Below are positions 9,661-19,845 of a stretch of 64,000 bases of DNA, in pieces. This DNA is from a virus (taxonomy: Duplodnaviria; Heunggongvirae; Uroviricota; Caudoviricetes): positions 1-64,000 of the IMG/VR virus record IMGVR_UViG_3300049044_000033; one strand, written 5' to 3'. The position numbers and the translations under genes are program-made. Under the pieces are notes generated by a model. It was not told where the DNA came from. It ran no database searches and saw only the letters and a list, made by a program, of their open reading frames with translations. How positions within the stretch are numbered: position 1 is the first letter of the stretch; the number at the start of each line of letters is the position of its first letter.

Positions 9661-10032
9661 TTACTTTTTGTCTTTGGGAGAGATGTATTCCTTATGGAAT
9701 GTAGGGGCAGGCAAAGACATATTCTTCTTGGCAACAGCTGGCTTAACAACCTTAGTGTTAGAATCGTCCATTTCGCTCTTGTTCTTCACAAAGTCAGGAT
9801 CCGACTCGGTGGTTTCAGGAAACATAGCTTGAACCATTTCAAACTGTTGCTTCTTGAGCCTCTCGCCTTTTTCTTCTTCAATCATTTCCAGCATCCAATA
9901 TAGCTGATCAATGATCTCCTGACTAGAACCCCACATATGAGCTTTTGCTAACTTCTTATGTAGGTCAGACGTTTTATCGAGGAGTTCCTCCTCGCTTAGT
10001 TGCTTGAAAGAGAGAAATGGATGATCAATCAA
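9661..10032 (-). CDS. Hypothetical helical protein
   Basis: 123 aa ORF coupled to the MazG gene. Confidence 0.7.
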   Translation of the reverse strand: MIDHPFLSFKQLSEEELLDKTSDLHKKLAKAHMWGSSQEIIDQLYWMLEMIEEEKGERLKKQQFEMVQAMFPETTESDPDFVKNKSEMDDSNTKVVKPAVAKKNMSLPAPTFHKEYISPKDKK

Positions 10033-10433
10033 AGGTCACCGGCCTTTCGGTTTTCCGAGCGAGAAATCTCAAACTTACCACCCGGGTAACGAGCTTCTAG
10101 CTTGCGGACGTTTTCTTCAATAATGTCGTATGGGTTGAGGTTCAGAGCCATACAAGCATTTGCCCAATACCACATGACGTCGCCGAGTTCGCGCTTCATG
10201 TGGAAAATGTTGTCAGCGTCGTAGGGCTTGCCTTGGAATGTGATCTTCTTCACAATTTCCATGAACTCACCAGCTTCGGCCGAAAGACCGTCTGCGGCAG
10301 TATGAAGACGTTCTACGTTGCAACCCTGATCATACAGCTCTTCGATACGAGCCAAGAAAGCAGCCTTGTCCTTAGAGGGCTGGCTGGTCACGCCGTCAAC
10401 GAAGGTCAGGTATTGCTCGAGAAAGTTTTCCAT
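10029..10433 (-). CDS. mazG: MazG-like NTP pyrophosphohydrolase
   Basis: EAGEFMEIVKK...RELGDVMWY...NVRKLEARYP. Confidence 0.9.
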   Translation of the reverse strand: MENFLEQYLTFVDGVTSQPSKDKAAFLARIEELYDQGCNVERLHTAADGLSAEAGEFMEIVKKITFQGKPYDADNIFHMKRELGDVMWYWANACMALNLNPYDIIEENVRKLEARYPGGKFEISRSENRKAGDL

Positions 10434-10499
10434 TAGGATCTCCTATTTTCTATTTAGGAGTATCATAGCAAACCTGGTTTCCAATGTCATTATTGGCTA

Positions 10500-11480
10500 T
10501 CAGATCAACTCGCCCATAAAACTGATAAGCAGATTCTCGATAGATAGATCCACAGAGTCTGGACCAATTAATCTAACTTCCTGACCTGCTAGAATTTTAA
10601 TAGGTCCTTCGACCAAGCATTCGAGAGTGGATTTCCCAGATGGTTCGATAGTCCAACGACCTACTTGAATACCTGCCACAAATAGCCTGCATACAAAATC
10701 CTGCAATGGGTTAACATCGCAGGAAAATAAGCAGCCTGAGAAGTTGTCATTCAGCTTATGTGATCTTGGAGAACGCCAACGGTATAGAGTTGCACCAGCC
10801 GAGGGTTTGCCCTCGAAATAATGACCGTAGTCATATGCCTTAAGGCTAGAATAAGCCAAATCAGAGAATGCAACCTGATCCTCTTTGACTACGAGAAGTC
10901 TATCGTCTGACCCTACGAAAGTATTCGGAGTATCAACAAGTGACAAGAAGTCTTGAACACCGGGGGCATCGACAAATTCAATACATTCCTGGGCTGCATT
11001 TACTTTTAGGAATTTGCCATCTTGACCGAAAAAGCTCTCAGGTGTATCTGACATATCTAAGAAGCTATGGTCTGTAATGTCATCAAATACCAAACGACTA
11101 TTAAGCTCATCAACAACCAAAGCCTTGCCATGTTGCCCAGTTAAGTTCGATGGCACATCCAACAAGTTGATAAAGCGTGTGACGCTCTGAGGAGCAGAGA
11201 TCAAGATGGTATCGTGTTGTTCTAAGACGCTAATACCCTCGCCGCCGAGAATGCGACGGAAACTGAAGGTTTGACCATTTGGCTCTTTGCGAACAAATGG
11301 ACCTGCACCTAAGCCAATGTTCTGCATCCTAACATCGACGCTCAAGGATATCTGACTAGGATTATTAGTAGAACCTGATGGGGTCAGGGGTTCATTCGTG
11401 TTGATTTGAACCCTAGCAAGGTCAGACTTGTTCACACCTGGTGCATTACCATCTAGGTTGCCTATATTTCGTCTTGACAT
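10500..11480 (-). CDS. Fiber-associated virion protein
   Basis: Three FxxLxDxPxxFxGxxG(K/R)xLxV repeats; C-terminal domain like that of the collagen protein; ATG 11480 after GGAGG. Confidence 0.7.
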   Translation of the reverse strand: MSRRNIGNLDGNAPGVNKSDLARVQINTNEPLTPSGSTNNPSQISLSVDVRMQNIGLGAGPFVRKEPNGQTFSFRRILGGEGISVLEQHDTILISAPQSVTRFINLLDVPSNLTGQHGKALVVDELNSRLVFDDITDHSFLDMSDTPESFFGQDGKFLKVNAAQECIEFVDAPGVQDFLSLVDTPNTFVGSDDRLLVVKEDQVAFSDLAYSSLKAYDYGHYFEGKPSAGATLYRWRSPRSHKLNDNFSGCLFSCDVNPLQDFVCRLFVAGIQVGRWTIEPSGKSTLECLVEGPIKILAGQEVRLIGPDSVDLSIENLLISFMGELI

Positions 11481-11482
11481 CA

Positions 11483-11520
11483 AACCCTCCAAATCAACTT
11501 GAATATTTATTGGAAGGGTT
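11483..11520 (-). promoter_or_regulatory. Late promoter AATAAATA inside an SD-sequestering hairpin
   Basis: AACCCTTCCAA...TTGGAGGGTT inverted repeat flanking TAAATA. Confidence 0.65.
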
Positions 11521-12541
11521 ACTCCGACTTAGCATCAAGCTGAATGTTAACTGGTTCACCGGGTGCAGGCATTGCCAAATCGGAACTATTGCTAGTGTAC
11601 CAATTAACAGTTGTGGAGGAGTTCACAACGTTGATCGTGAATGTGCCAAACAAGGTTAACTTAGTTCGGTCAGTGACCTTGACTGTGAAAGTGTAGACAG
11701 TATCTTGTGTTACTGGTGAGATTGTTCCCGAGATTACGCCTGTTGACTTGTTTAGACTCAAACCGCCTGGTAGGGCACCACTAGTGATCTCGTATTTCTG
11801 AACATTGTTTTCACTATCGAAGACCTGGAGTGGTAGACTAATAGTAGAGTTCTCAATGTAGGTACCGATGTTGCCTGTCTGCATTGCCCAAGTAGGTGCG
11901 TTGAAGGCTTCATTTGTAATAGCTGTCAGTGAGATGTTACGAAGACGACCTACAAACCTACGAGCCAATGAACCAGCTGGGCTACTAGAGTTGACATAGG
12001 CCCAATCGGCCCCAAAACTCAAACCGTTGGACGTATCATATGGGGGATCACATTCTAGGTCAAAAACCTTAATACCATTGACTAAACCCTGGCAACGGTA
12101 TTGTCCTGAGTCTTGATAGAACCTGATCTTAATCCTATACCAACGTTTGGTCATATAGTTAGGTATTAGGACTTGGCTAAACTGGTATTGAGTATTATCA
12201 CCTGAACTGTAGAACATCACTGAAGTGTCTTCTTGTTCAATCGTCCACTCGCCGAGAGCTCCGCCAAAGCTTTCGCCGTTTGTAGCAATTACCTTATTGC
12301 TTCCAGCTTCCAAATAAACATCAAGCTCAATAGTGTAGGGTGCCATGACTTGGAAGGCATCTTGATGAGCATAACGAATGGTCTTTGTGCCATCAAACAC
12401 CATATAGTCAGACACAGTAGAGGGGGCAATTGTGCTAGAATCAGCAGTTAGGGAATTAGCACTGTTGCTAGAATTGTTAACCATACGGAGTTGAGTGTTA
12501 GACGTATCTACCACATCGTATGGAACAAAATTAACAATCAT
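11519..12541 (-). CDS. LamG/ConA-like lectin domain + He_PIG Ig domain + Ig N-terminal stub
   Basis: FDGT...YTIELDVY...WYRI...FVGRLRNI; GALPGGLSLNKSTGVISGT; YTFTVKVTD. Confidence 0.8.
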   Translation of the reverse strand: MIVNFVPYDVVDTSNTQLRMVNNSSNSANSLTADSSTIAPSTVSDYMVFDGTKTIRYAHQDAFQVMAPYTIELDVYLEAGSNKVIATNGESFGGALGEWTIEQEDTSVMFYSSGDNTQYQFSQVLIPNYMTKRWYRIKIRFYQDSGQYRCQGLVNGIKVFDLECDPPYDTSNGLSFGADWAYVNSSSPAGSLARRFVGRLRNISLTAITNEAFNAPTWAMQTGNIGTYIENSTISLPLQVFDSENNVQKYEITSGALPGGLSLNKSTGVISGTISPVTQDTVYTFTVKVTDRTKLTLFGTFTINVVNSSTTVNWYTSNSSDLAMPAPGEPVNIQLDAKSE

Positions 12542-13180
12542 TTACTCTTCTCCGCCCTCTTCCTCTTCTACTGGAGGATTAGGGTCACTAACTGTAATGT
12601 AGACACATTTTGGTTCAGCGATCTGACCTCTATCAGAAAGGACCGTATAGCTGAATGTATCCTGGCCGACAAAGTTATAGTTAGGAACATACACAACGGA
12701 CTTTCTATCATCAGTCAGTCGAGCAAAACCATTGTAGGGCTGGGTTAGAACTACTGGCTCACAAAAGTAAGAAGCCAAATAATTGCCCGGCACTGTGTTC
12801 TTAGTCTTAGCACCTTGTGAGTTCGACACTCTAATGTAATTATCTTCAGGAAAATCATACCTGAAGAAGCGGTCGTTGATCACTTGAACTAAGCCATCGA
12901 CTGGTCCCGAGAAAGAGATTACCTTATTCGAAATTGTAAAGGCGTTCCTCGTTTCTCCAAAGTTGTATGAAGCATTTACCATACGAAAGCCGTCAACATA
13001 TACCTCTACCCAATTTGGGTTACTGGGAGTCCAAGGCAAAGTCAGAGTAGATGAGGTTATGGTTTCAGAGTAGACTTGGGCTCCTCTTGTAACTGTTGGG
13101 TCATCATTTCTCAATACAGTGATATACTGGACATCAACGAACGGTTGAACAAAACGAGCATTAAGCTGAGACGCCTGCAT
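12542..13180 (-). CDS. Virion protein with C-terminal Big_9/cadherin-like Ig domain
   Basis: QPYNG...YVPNYNFVGQDTFSYTV; start at TAATG overlap 13180. Confidence 0.75.
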   Translation of the reverse strand: MQASQLNARFVQPFVDVQYITVLRNDDPTVTRGAQVYSETITSSTLTLPWTPSNPNWVEVYVDGFRMVNASYNFGETRNAFTISNKVISFSGPVDGLVQVINDRFFRYDFPEDNYIRVSNSQGAKTKNTVPGNYLASYFCEPVVLTQPYNGFARLTDDRKSVVYVPNYNFVGQDTFSYTVLSDRGQIAEPKCVYITVSDPNPPVEEEEGGEE

Positions 13181-16100
13181 TAACCACCTCCTATCAACCA
13201 AGCAACGACTGTAAATCCAGAGTTCTTAACTTCACAAACAAGACCTGTATCTCGTTTAACAATGAAGCTAAATGTGCCTTCTGGCTGCTGATAAACTTCA
13301 GTTTCCAGCTTTGACGTATAGGCAGCGGCTGCTTCCTCAGCTTGGGCATGAGTAGAATATCCACCTGCCTTTGCGGTATTGTTGCTAGCCGAGTATAATT
13401 CTGGAGCTGTCTTACCCTTTATAGTATGACTCGATGTGCTCGCTGAGGCATACACGACACTTGGGCTGTAGACAGCCGCAGCACTAGCCTGGATCGCAGG
13501 CTTTGCTTTAAGTTGATCCCTACCTTCATTAGAACGAACCTCAGTATCAAAGATTAGATCACGCTTGGCGATATTTCCAATTTCTCTCGTCCAATGAGTT
13601 TGTGCGCCTACGTTCTGGGCTCCAATAGGAACAAGCCAGCTTACTAGAGCAGTAGTCCAGGATGATCGAGTTTGTACCTCAAATTCCATATCGCGTTCTG
13701 AAGTGTTCTCATACTCAAATACAAACCAGTTAGGCCAGAATTCACGATCACTAGGATCATTGTTGAATACAAAGAACGGCATAGCAGACACTGGTACGGC
13801 TGATGCTTCATAGTCGAACGCAGGGATAAAGGTTTGGAAGTTAGCTGACCTACCAAACGACATTTCATGATCCTTCTGGAGAGGGACATAAGTGTCAGTC
13901 TTATCCAAACCCATCATTTCAGTTTGTGGTCTATAACCCTTAAAGGTAGGCTTCGCTGGGCTATCGAATACAAGCGTCTCTGACTTTGCTGCGGTTGTTG
14001 GAACCATCATAGGTCTGACCAGTGCGCCACTTCTAGCAATCGTAGAGTTGGCAATTGTCTCGCGAAGTAATTGGGCAGCTAAATCAGTAGTTGAAGTAAA
14101 TCGAGCACCGCGTTCGACCAAAGCCGTAGCGGCTGTTTCAGTATTATACTTGCCCAACGGAGCCGCACTAGAAAGCTGCTTACGAGCTGTTAGGTGTGGT
14201 ACACTCGCCTTAGTTGGCTTCATAGTCTGAGTATCAAACGAACCCACACTTGCAGGTACTAAACCTTGGTTGATCTTAGTTATCTGAGGTAGAGATGTTG
14301 AGATACCTTCTGGATGCTCTTGTAGGAACTTCCAGTTAGTTTCATGACCATCAAAAGCAGACCGAGGTGCTAAGGTTTGACCAAGAGCTGGATCAATGTG
14401 TAGGAAACCGAACTCGTAAACAGTCTCACCATCTGATAGCAAGGTCTTTGCTGCTTGAATATCAAACAAGTTCTGAACTGTGTAGACAGCTCTGAGTTTA
14501 TCTCCATTCTTGACTAGAGGGCGAGACTGAGGTGCGCTGCCATTGACTCTGAACTTCATGTGATCAGCATAAATTTCAATTGAATAACCGCTTGATAGTC
14601 CTGCGATACTTGGCTCTAAGTCACCCTCAAAATCAAAATCTGGAATACCCATATGGATAGTACCAAAGTTGATATTCTCAGGCATGTCGTTCACCTTCGA
14701 TCGACTCTGAACCACATAATTTCGACTTGGTCCAATCAATACAGTGTCACGTAAATCCAACCACATGGAAGAAACTTTCACATGACGAATGTGAAGTTTA
14801 TCACCTATCTCTAGTTCAGTTGGGAATGAAAGTTCAACATTTGAGATGATGCCTTCTTCGTCTTCAACTTCCTTATAGACCTTGACATTAGTATAGTTGG
14901 GAAGATCATAACTACCTGCCTCATCGACCACTAAAGTCGACATAGTAGTCAGGTTACCATAAGCCTGATATCTTTGAAGATCCTTAATGGTCTTATCAGA
15001 GGTGTTGACCACTAAAGCGTATTGGGCATCAGCAAAGCTCAACATACTGTAATAGTAGTCCTGATTGTCAGGAGAATGTAAGGTAATAGTTAGAGTATCA
15101 CCTGATTTGACCTTAGATACACCATTGTGAATTGTTCCATTCACAGACAGTAAGCCATGGGATAAGGCAATAGGAGAGTTCACTACTTCTTCAGGAACCA
15201 CGAGGTTGAATGTTACCGACGGAGCATAAGCCTTGGCAGGGACTTCGAGATATCGACTCATGTATTCAGTAGCATCGCCGTTGACCTTAAAGTCAAAGGC
15301 AAAATAACCGACAACCAAGACACCATTGGCCTTAGAATTGTTAGAACGTAGGATAGCAGACACAATGCTACCTGTGTTCACTACTCCCGATTCAACTTGG
15401 GTTCGATCTAGCAATACCTTGGTATTAGGGGAACCGTAGAATGGCATCTCTATACCTTCAGTTGAAAGCACATACTCGCCTGATCCTACATCAACATTTG
15501 CTGGAGCAAGTTTCTCTGGAATGTTGATGTTGATAGTTGGGATCGCGGGAGCAAGCATCTCATAGGCACTCAAGTGTGTCGTCGCAAAGGTATTTGTTGC
15601 CGCATAAGTTGCGAATGTGATGTATTTGGAAAAGGTCTTGATCTGAGGCTCTAACGTCATGTCACTGTAGATCGCTACATCATAGGACGACGCATGAGTG
15701 ACAGTTAGAGCTGACCTGCTAGTTTTGGCAAACAGAGGAATACGTTCACCGGTATCGATGACATCAATTAGATTGAAGTCCTGATCATAGATCCTTAGTG
15801 CCCACTCAGTAGGCACGGGAACAATATACTGGTTATTAAAAGCTGCCGGCTTACCGATCATTTTGCTTTGGTATAGAAGCTCTAAGCCGGAACCTGTGAG
15901 CTTGTAAAGCTTACCCTTGTTAGTTGACACAATTGCCCCAAAGCCAAGAGCAGCACCTCCGTAAACTGTCTCATCAGTCAGAGTAAAAGTCTGACCAATG
16001 GTATTCATGTCTGAGAGAACATGAAGATAGTTTAGACCACCTACAAACAAGGAAACAGTGTCACTGAAGATTGTCTTAGCATTAGAGTAAACTGCGGTGC

Positions 16101-16725
16101 TATAAGAGGAGGCATAGTTCTGAGGGACTTTGTAGATCTTCCCGCTAGCTAGGAGGTAGTATTGATCCCAAGATCTGGATCCATTGTCAAATACATTAGT
16201 GGCGTCAACACCGGCAGAGTTGGGGAAATCCCTAGTCAGCTGTGTGCCATTGGTTCGATACCAAGCGATGTAAGGAACATCATTTGGGTTGGGACCACCC
16301 ATGAAGGCAATTCGGTCTTGAGGTGTTCCGTCGCCCCCGCCTGTATTGAAAACAGTCGATTCTACATTAGCAGAGCTGAGGCGTAGATTTAACCTCTGAC
16401 CGGTAACTGGGAGGTCAGAGGGAATGAAACCAATATACTCATTCTTCAGAGTGACCTTAGTGGAACCGCCAAAGGAGATAACGCCAAAATAGCATTCATT
16501 GCCATTATAGGTATAAGGAACAAACAAATGTTCCTCACTATCGGGAGCCAGCACATCTACCTGAATTGTATTACCGGATACCAAGTTAATGGGGCGAGTA
16601 GTAACTGGTAAGTTGTTAACCCTAACAGGCAGGTCAGTCGAGATATCAATGACACATGATTCTGTTGCGACGAATGAAGAAGTCGCAATCACATTGGGTG
16701 TAGCTAGTGAAATGGAGTTGAACAT
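13180..16725 (-). CDS. Large virion structural protein (1181 aa)
   Basis: Long beta-rich ORF in the structural operon. Confidence 0.7.
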   Translation of the reverse strand: MFNSISLATPNVIATSSFVATESCVIDISTDLPVRVNNLPVTTRPINLVSGNTIQVDVLAPDSEEHLFVPYTYNGNECYFGVISFGGSTKVTLKNEYIGFIPSDLPVTGQRLNLRLSSANVESTVFNTGGGDGTPQDRIAFMGGPNPNDVPYIAWYRTNGTQLTRDFPNSAGVDATNVFDNGSRSWDQYYLLASGKIYKVPQNYASSYSTAVYSNAKTIFSDTVSLFVGGLNYLHVLSDMNTIGQTFTLTDETVYGGAALGFGAIVSTNKGKLYKLTGSGLELLYQSKMIGKPAAFNNQYIVPVPTEWALRIYDQDFNLIDVIDTGERIPLFAKTSRSALTVTHASSYDVAIYSDMTLEPQIKTFSKYITFATYAATNTFATTHLSAYEMLAPAIPTININIPEKLAPANVDVGSGEYVLSTEGIEMPFYGSPNTKVLLDRTQVESGVVNTGSIVSAILRSNNSKANGVLVVGYFAFDFKVNGDATEYMSRYLEVPAKAYAPSVTFNLVVPEEVVNSPIALSHGLLSVNGTIHNGVSKVKSGDTLTITLHSPDNQDYYYSMLSFADAQYALVVNTSDKTIKDLQRYQAYGNLTTMSTLVVDEAGSYDLPNYTNVKVYKEVEDEEGIISNVELSFPTELEIGDKLHIRHVKVSSMWLDLRDTVLIGPSRNYVVQSRSKVNDMPENINFGTIHMGIPDFDFEGDLEPSIAGLSSGYSIEIYADHMKFRVNGSAPQSRPLVKNGDKLRAVYTVQNLFDIQAAKTLLSDGETVYEFGFLHIDPALGQTLAPRSAFDGHETNWKFLQEHPEGISTSLPQITKINQGLVPASVGSFDTQTMKPTKASVPHLTARKQLSSAAPLGKYNTETAATALVERGARFTSTTDLAAQLLRETIANSTIARSGALVRPMMVPTTAAKSETLVFDSPAKPTFKGYRPQTEMMGLDKTDTYVPLQKDHEMSFGRSANFQTFIPAFDYEASAVPVSAMPFFVFNNDPSDREFWPNWFVFEYENTSERDMEFEVQTRSSWTTALVSWLVPIGAQNVGAQTHWTREIGNIAKRDLIFDTEVRSNEGRDQLKAKPAIQASAAAVYSPSVVYASASTSSHTIKGKTAPELYSASNNTAKAGGYSTHAQAEEAAAAYTSKLETEVYQQPEGTFSFIVKRDTGLVCEVKNSGFTVVAWLIGGG

Positions 16726-16736
16726 CTATGTCACCC

Positions 16737-16773
16737 AAAGAAAGAATTTGGGGAGGAATTAACCTCCCCAAAT
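16737..16773 (-). terminator. Intrinsic terminator
   Basis: ATTTGGGGAGG-TTAATT-CCTCCCCAAAT followed by TCTTTCTTT. Confidence 0.8.
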
Positions 16774-16783
16774 ACTTAGCAGA

Positions 16784-18085
16784 TCAGCTGATGCTGCCGC
16801 CCTTGGATAGGACCATGAGACGCATACCAGTGTTGGCTGGACCGTTTGCGTGTAGGGCCTTATACTTGCGAGCAGTTGATTCGCCATATACAGTGATATC
16901 AACATCAGTATTCTGAGACACAACGTCAGCCGAAGTGCTGGCAATCATATCTAGTTCATGTGGATAACGATAACGCGATGTATTCAGACGCGATGGGAAA
17001 GTAATAATATACTTGCCATCCTCAGATAGTGAAACCTGGTTAGCAGAGTTTAGGATTGCTTCTGAGTCTTCAGTATCAAGATCTGCTTGGATACGAGCCG
17101 ATGGACGCATGATATCCATCTCACGAACCACAAACTTCCAGAACTTACCACCTACAGCGTTAACACAGAATACAGGTGCCTTACCATCTACAACAGTAGC
17201 ACCAGTAACGCGATCAACTGGACGCTGAACTAGAACCCAATTGAAATACCTAGAACCTTCCTGGGTGGTTGCTTCTTCCCAAATACCTAGCCATACGCCA
17301 CGATTTGAGATAACCAAACGGTAAGTCATTGGGAAGGCTTCTGGATTAGAAGTGCCAATGCGCTTAATGCGGTTAATAAAGCCCTTAGTAGTGTCGTCAT
17401 TTGAGTTAGTCTGATCAACGCTACCTGTAACGGTACCTGATGGGTTAACAGACCAACGTAGATTCTCGTTATCTAAAAACCAAGGAGAAGTGGTATTGAA
17501 AGCGTTGTAATCAGGATTTTTATCACCATCAGTCATCATAGCTGGAATCAGCATAGAAGGTGAATAGATACCGGTGTTGCTCAGGGTCTCATTCTTAACA
17601 TATCCGTTAACTTCAATTTTGTTATGTAGGCTTGGATCAGGACGAGCTGTATAGTCATAAACCTCAGATGGGGCACCCAAAGCCTTTGTCTTAGTAACCG
17701 TGAGCTTATCGCCGGTGGTTCCCACAATATCAGTTGGCTGCCAACCTGCACCTTGGGTGCTATTTCCCAACAATAGTTCCTTAGTTACAGGAAGTTTATC
17801 CACAGTAGACAAAGTGGTAGGTGACCCAGTGTGAACTAGGACTAACTGATCTTCCTGCACGTCAACAGCAATACGCCAAGGCTGAGATGCTGCTAAGGGG
17901 TCAACCGCTACAGTAGCTTCCAGGATAACACAGAATTTATTACCTGCAGTAGCCTTATTGAAAGAAGGCTCACCACTTGTTTGATTAATAAGTTCGAAAC
18001 CATTGGCCAACATATCAACGATAACGTCAGCCGCTAGAGCGGCACCAGTAGCATAACCGTGTCGCTCAACTACAAAACCTGCCAT
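16784..18085 (-). CDS. Virion structural protein, paralog of 18106-19107 with a ~100 aa insertion
   Basis: Shared MAGFV.ER.GY, NWVLVQRPVDRVTG, FPSRLNTSRYRYPHELD. Confidence 0.75.
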   Translation of the reverse strand: MAGFVVERHGYATGAALAADVIVDMLANGFELINQTSGEPSFNKATAGNKFCVILEATVAVDPLAASQPWRIAVDVQEDQLVLVHTGSPTTLSTVDKLPVTKELLLGNSTQGAGWQPTDIVGTTGDKLTVTKTKALGAPSEVYDYTARPDPSLHNKIEVNGYVKNETLSNTGIYSPSMLIPAMMTDGDKNPDYNAFNTTSPWFLDNENLRWSVNPSGTVTGSVDQTNSNDDTTKGFINRIKRIGTSNPEAFPMTYRLVISNRGVWLGIWEEATTQEGSRYFNWVLVQRPVDRVTGATVVDGKAPVFCVNAVGGKFWKFVVREMDIMRPSARIQADLDTEDSEAILNSANQVSLSEDGKYIITFPSRLNTSRYRYPHELDMIASTSADVVSQNTDVDITVYGESTARKYKALHANGPANTGMRLMVLSKGGSIS

Positions 18086-18105
18086 TTTATTCTCCTATTG
18101 AGCTA

Positions 18106-19107
18106 TTAGCTGATGCCGCCGCCGGTCTTGAGGATGAGAACCCTCATGCCAACGTTGTTACCGCCGTTTGCGTGAAGCGCAGTGTAGACGCGATCCGAGC
18201 CTTCGCCATAAAAGCGCAGTGGAACATCGCTATACTGGGCTACCACGTCTGCTGAAGTTACGCCCATGATATCAAGTTCATGTGGGTAACGGTAGCGCGA
18301 AGTGTTGAGTCGTGATGGGAAGGTAACAATGTATTTGCCATCTTCCGAAAGCGAAACCTGATTCTTAGTATTAATGACCTGTTCAGAGTCATTAGTATTT
18401 GAGTCAGCAATACGACGCTTACCAGGGCGAGTGATATCCGATTCGCGAACCGTAAACTGCCAATACTTGCCGCCCACAGCGTTAACGCAGAACACCGGGG
18501 CCTTGCCAGTTGTAAGAACAACGCCAGTTACGCGATCAACTGGGCGCTGAACTAGAACCCAGTTAAAGTTCGAGGCCGATTCAGCCGAAATAGCTTCTTC
18601 CCAAACGCCAAGCCAGAAACCACGAGGAGTGATTACAAGCCTATAGGAAAGAGGATAGCTGGCGCCCTTGTTACCTACTCGAGTAACGCGATTAATGAAG
18701 CCCTTAGTACCATCATCTGCCGCTGGGGTGTAGACACCTTCTGCGGTCAAAGCAGTTGAACCGAGAGCATCGCCTACACTGCCAATGATATCAGTTGCTG
18801 TAACAGCATCCACACCTAGCTCAGTAGCTACCTTACCGTCATCGGTTAGCTGAGTTGGTGTAGCGACATAGAGCATAAGACGCTGGGCATCTAAGACATC
18901 GAAGCAAACGCGCCAAGGCTGAGTCTCGGTAAGTGGATCCACAGTTGCGTCTGGTTCCAAAGTAGCACGAAACGCAGTAGCGTTAGCGTCAATTGGACCA
19001 GTAGGGTATTTCAAAACAAAGCCATGGGCAATCATATCAGTAATAACCGCCCTGGCAAGAGCGGCGGCGGTTGTATAACCGTAGCGCTCAATTACAAAAC
19101 CTGCCAT
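18106..19107 (-). CDS. Virion structural protein (probable abundant fiber subunit)
   Basis: AAGGAG SD, GTAAATA upstream, tandem paralog downstream. Confidence 0.75.
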   Translation of the reverse strand: MAGFVIERYGYTTAAALARAVITDMIAHGFVLKYPTGPIDANATAFRATLEPDATVDPLTETQPWRVCFDVLDAQRLMLYVATPTQLTDDGKVATELGVDAVTATDIIGSVGDALGSTALTAEGVYTPAADDGTKGFINRVTRVGNKGASYPLSYRLVITPRGFWLGVWEEAISAESASNFNWVLVQRPVDRVTGVVLTTGKAPVFCVNAVGGKYWQFTVRESDITRPGKRRIADSNTNDSEQVINTKNQVSLSEDGKYIVTFPSRLNTSRYRYPHELDIMGVTSADVVAQYSDVPLRFYGEGSDRVYTALHANGGNNVGMRVLILKTGGGIS

Positions 19108-19134
19108 CTCTTTCTCCTTAAGAGTTTCTTAGCC

Positions 19135-19141
19135 TATTTAC
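19135..19141 (-). promoter_or_regulatory. Late promoter-like motif GTAAATA
   Basis: 28 nt upstream of ATG 19107. Confidence 0.55.
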
Positions 19142-19150
19142 CTATTGGCA

Positions 19151-19834
19151 TTATTCAGCGGCTGCTTCCAGAGGAACATAGGTAATAGTCAGAGTCACCG
19201 GACCTTCTGCTTCACCCACGTTGTCTATGGTAAAATAGATATCGTTCTTCGCAGGTTCTTCGAAGTTAGCCAAAATCGAATAATTGCGAGTTCGGAAGAT
19301 TGTCCCGTCAGAGAGCTTCTGACTACCGTCATCGGTCAAATGATCATCGGTAGCAAGGAATTCATAAGGGTTGCTCTCATCCTTCAGTGGAGTGCTATAA
19401 GCCCTAACCCTTACTGCCCTGCTAACTGTGAGCTTGAGAATAATCGCCGAGGTGCCTAGTTCTAAGGAGAACTCTTCTGAACTATCCACGGTCAAATTGT
19501 CTATGGTGTGGATAACAACAGCTCGCCTCTGAACTTCGCCTGGATCAACTTCTTCGTCATCAGGGGTGCCACCAAGTAGTAATTCCTCCCAAGTAACGCT
19601 CTCTTGAACGTTAGAATCCTGTGGGGTCTTTTGGACTAGAGTCTTGACCTTCCAAATCTTGCCTGTATCTACAGTCAAGACTAGAGCACCTAGCTTTAAG
19701 TTTGCAATTGCGATCGAATCTCGATCTGTGATATTATCTCGCACTTGGAGTCCGCCTTTGAGGTAGACATCCTCCATCATGTAATAGGTCTGGCCATTTT
19801 TTGGCGCAATGTTACTGGCTAATTGAACTGCCAT
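19151..19834 (-). CDS. Putative virion structural protein
   Basis: EDVYLKGGLQV...RDSI...LKLGALV fiber-type N-terminal motif; structural operon. Confidence 0.6.
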   Translation of the reverse strand: MAVQLASNIAPKNGQTYYMMEDVYLKGGLQVRDNITDRDSIAIANLKLGALVLTVDTGKIWKVKTLVQKTPQDSNVQESVTWEELLLGGTPDDEEVDPGEVQRRAVVIHTIDNLTVDSSEEFSLELGTSAIILKLTVSRAVRVRAYSTPLKDESNPYEFLATDDHLTDDGSQKLSDGTIFRTRNYSILANFEEPAKNDIYFTIDNVGEAEGPVTLTITYVPLEAAAE

Positions 19835-19845
19835 TAGAACGCTCC

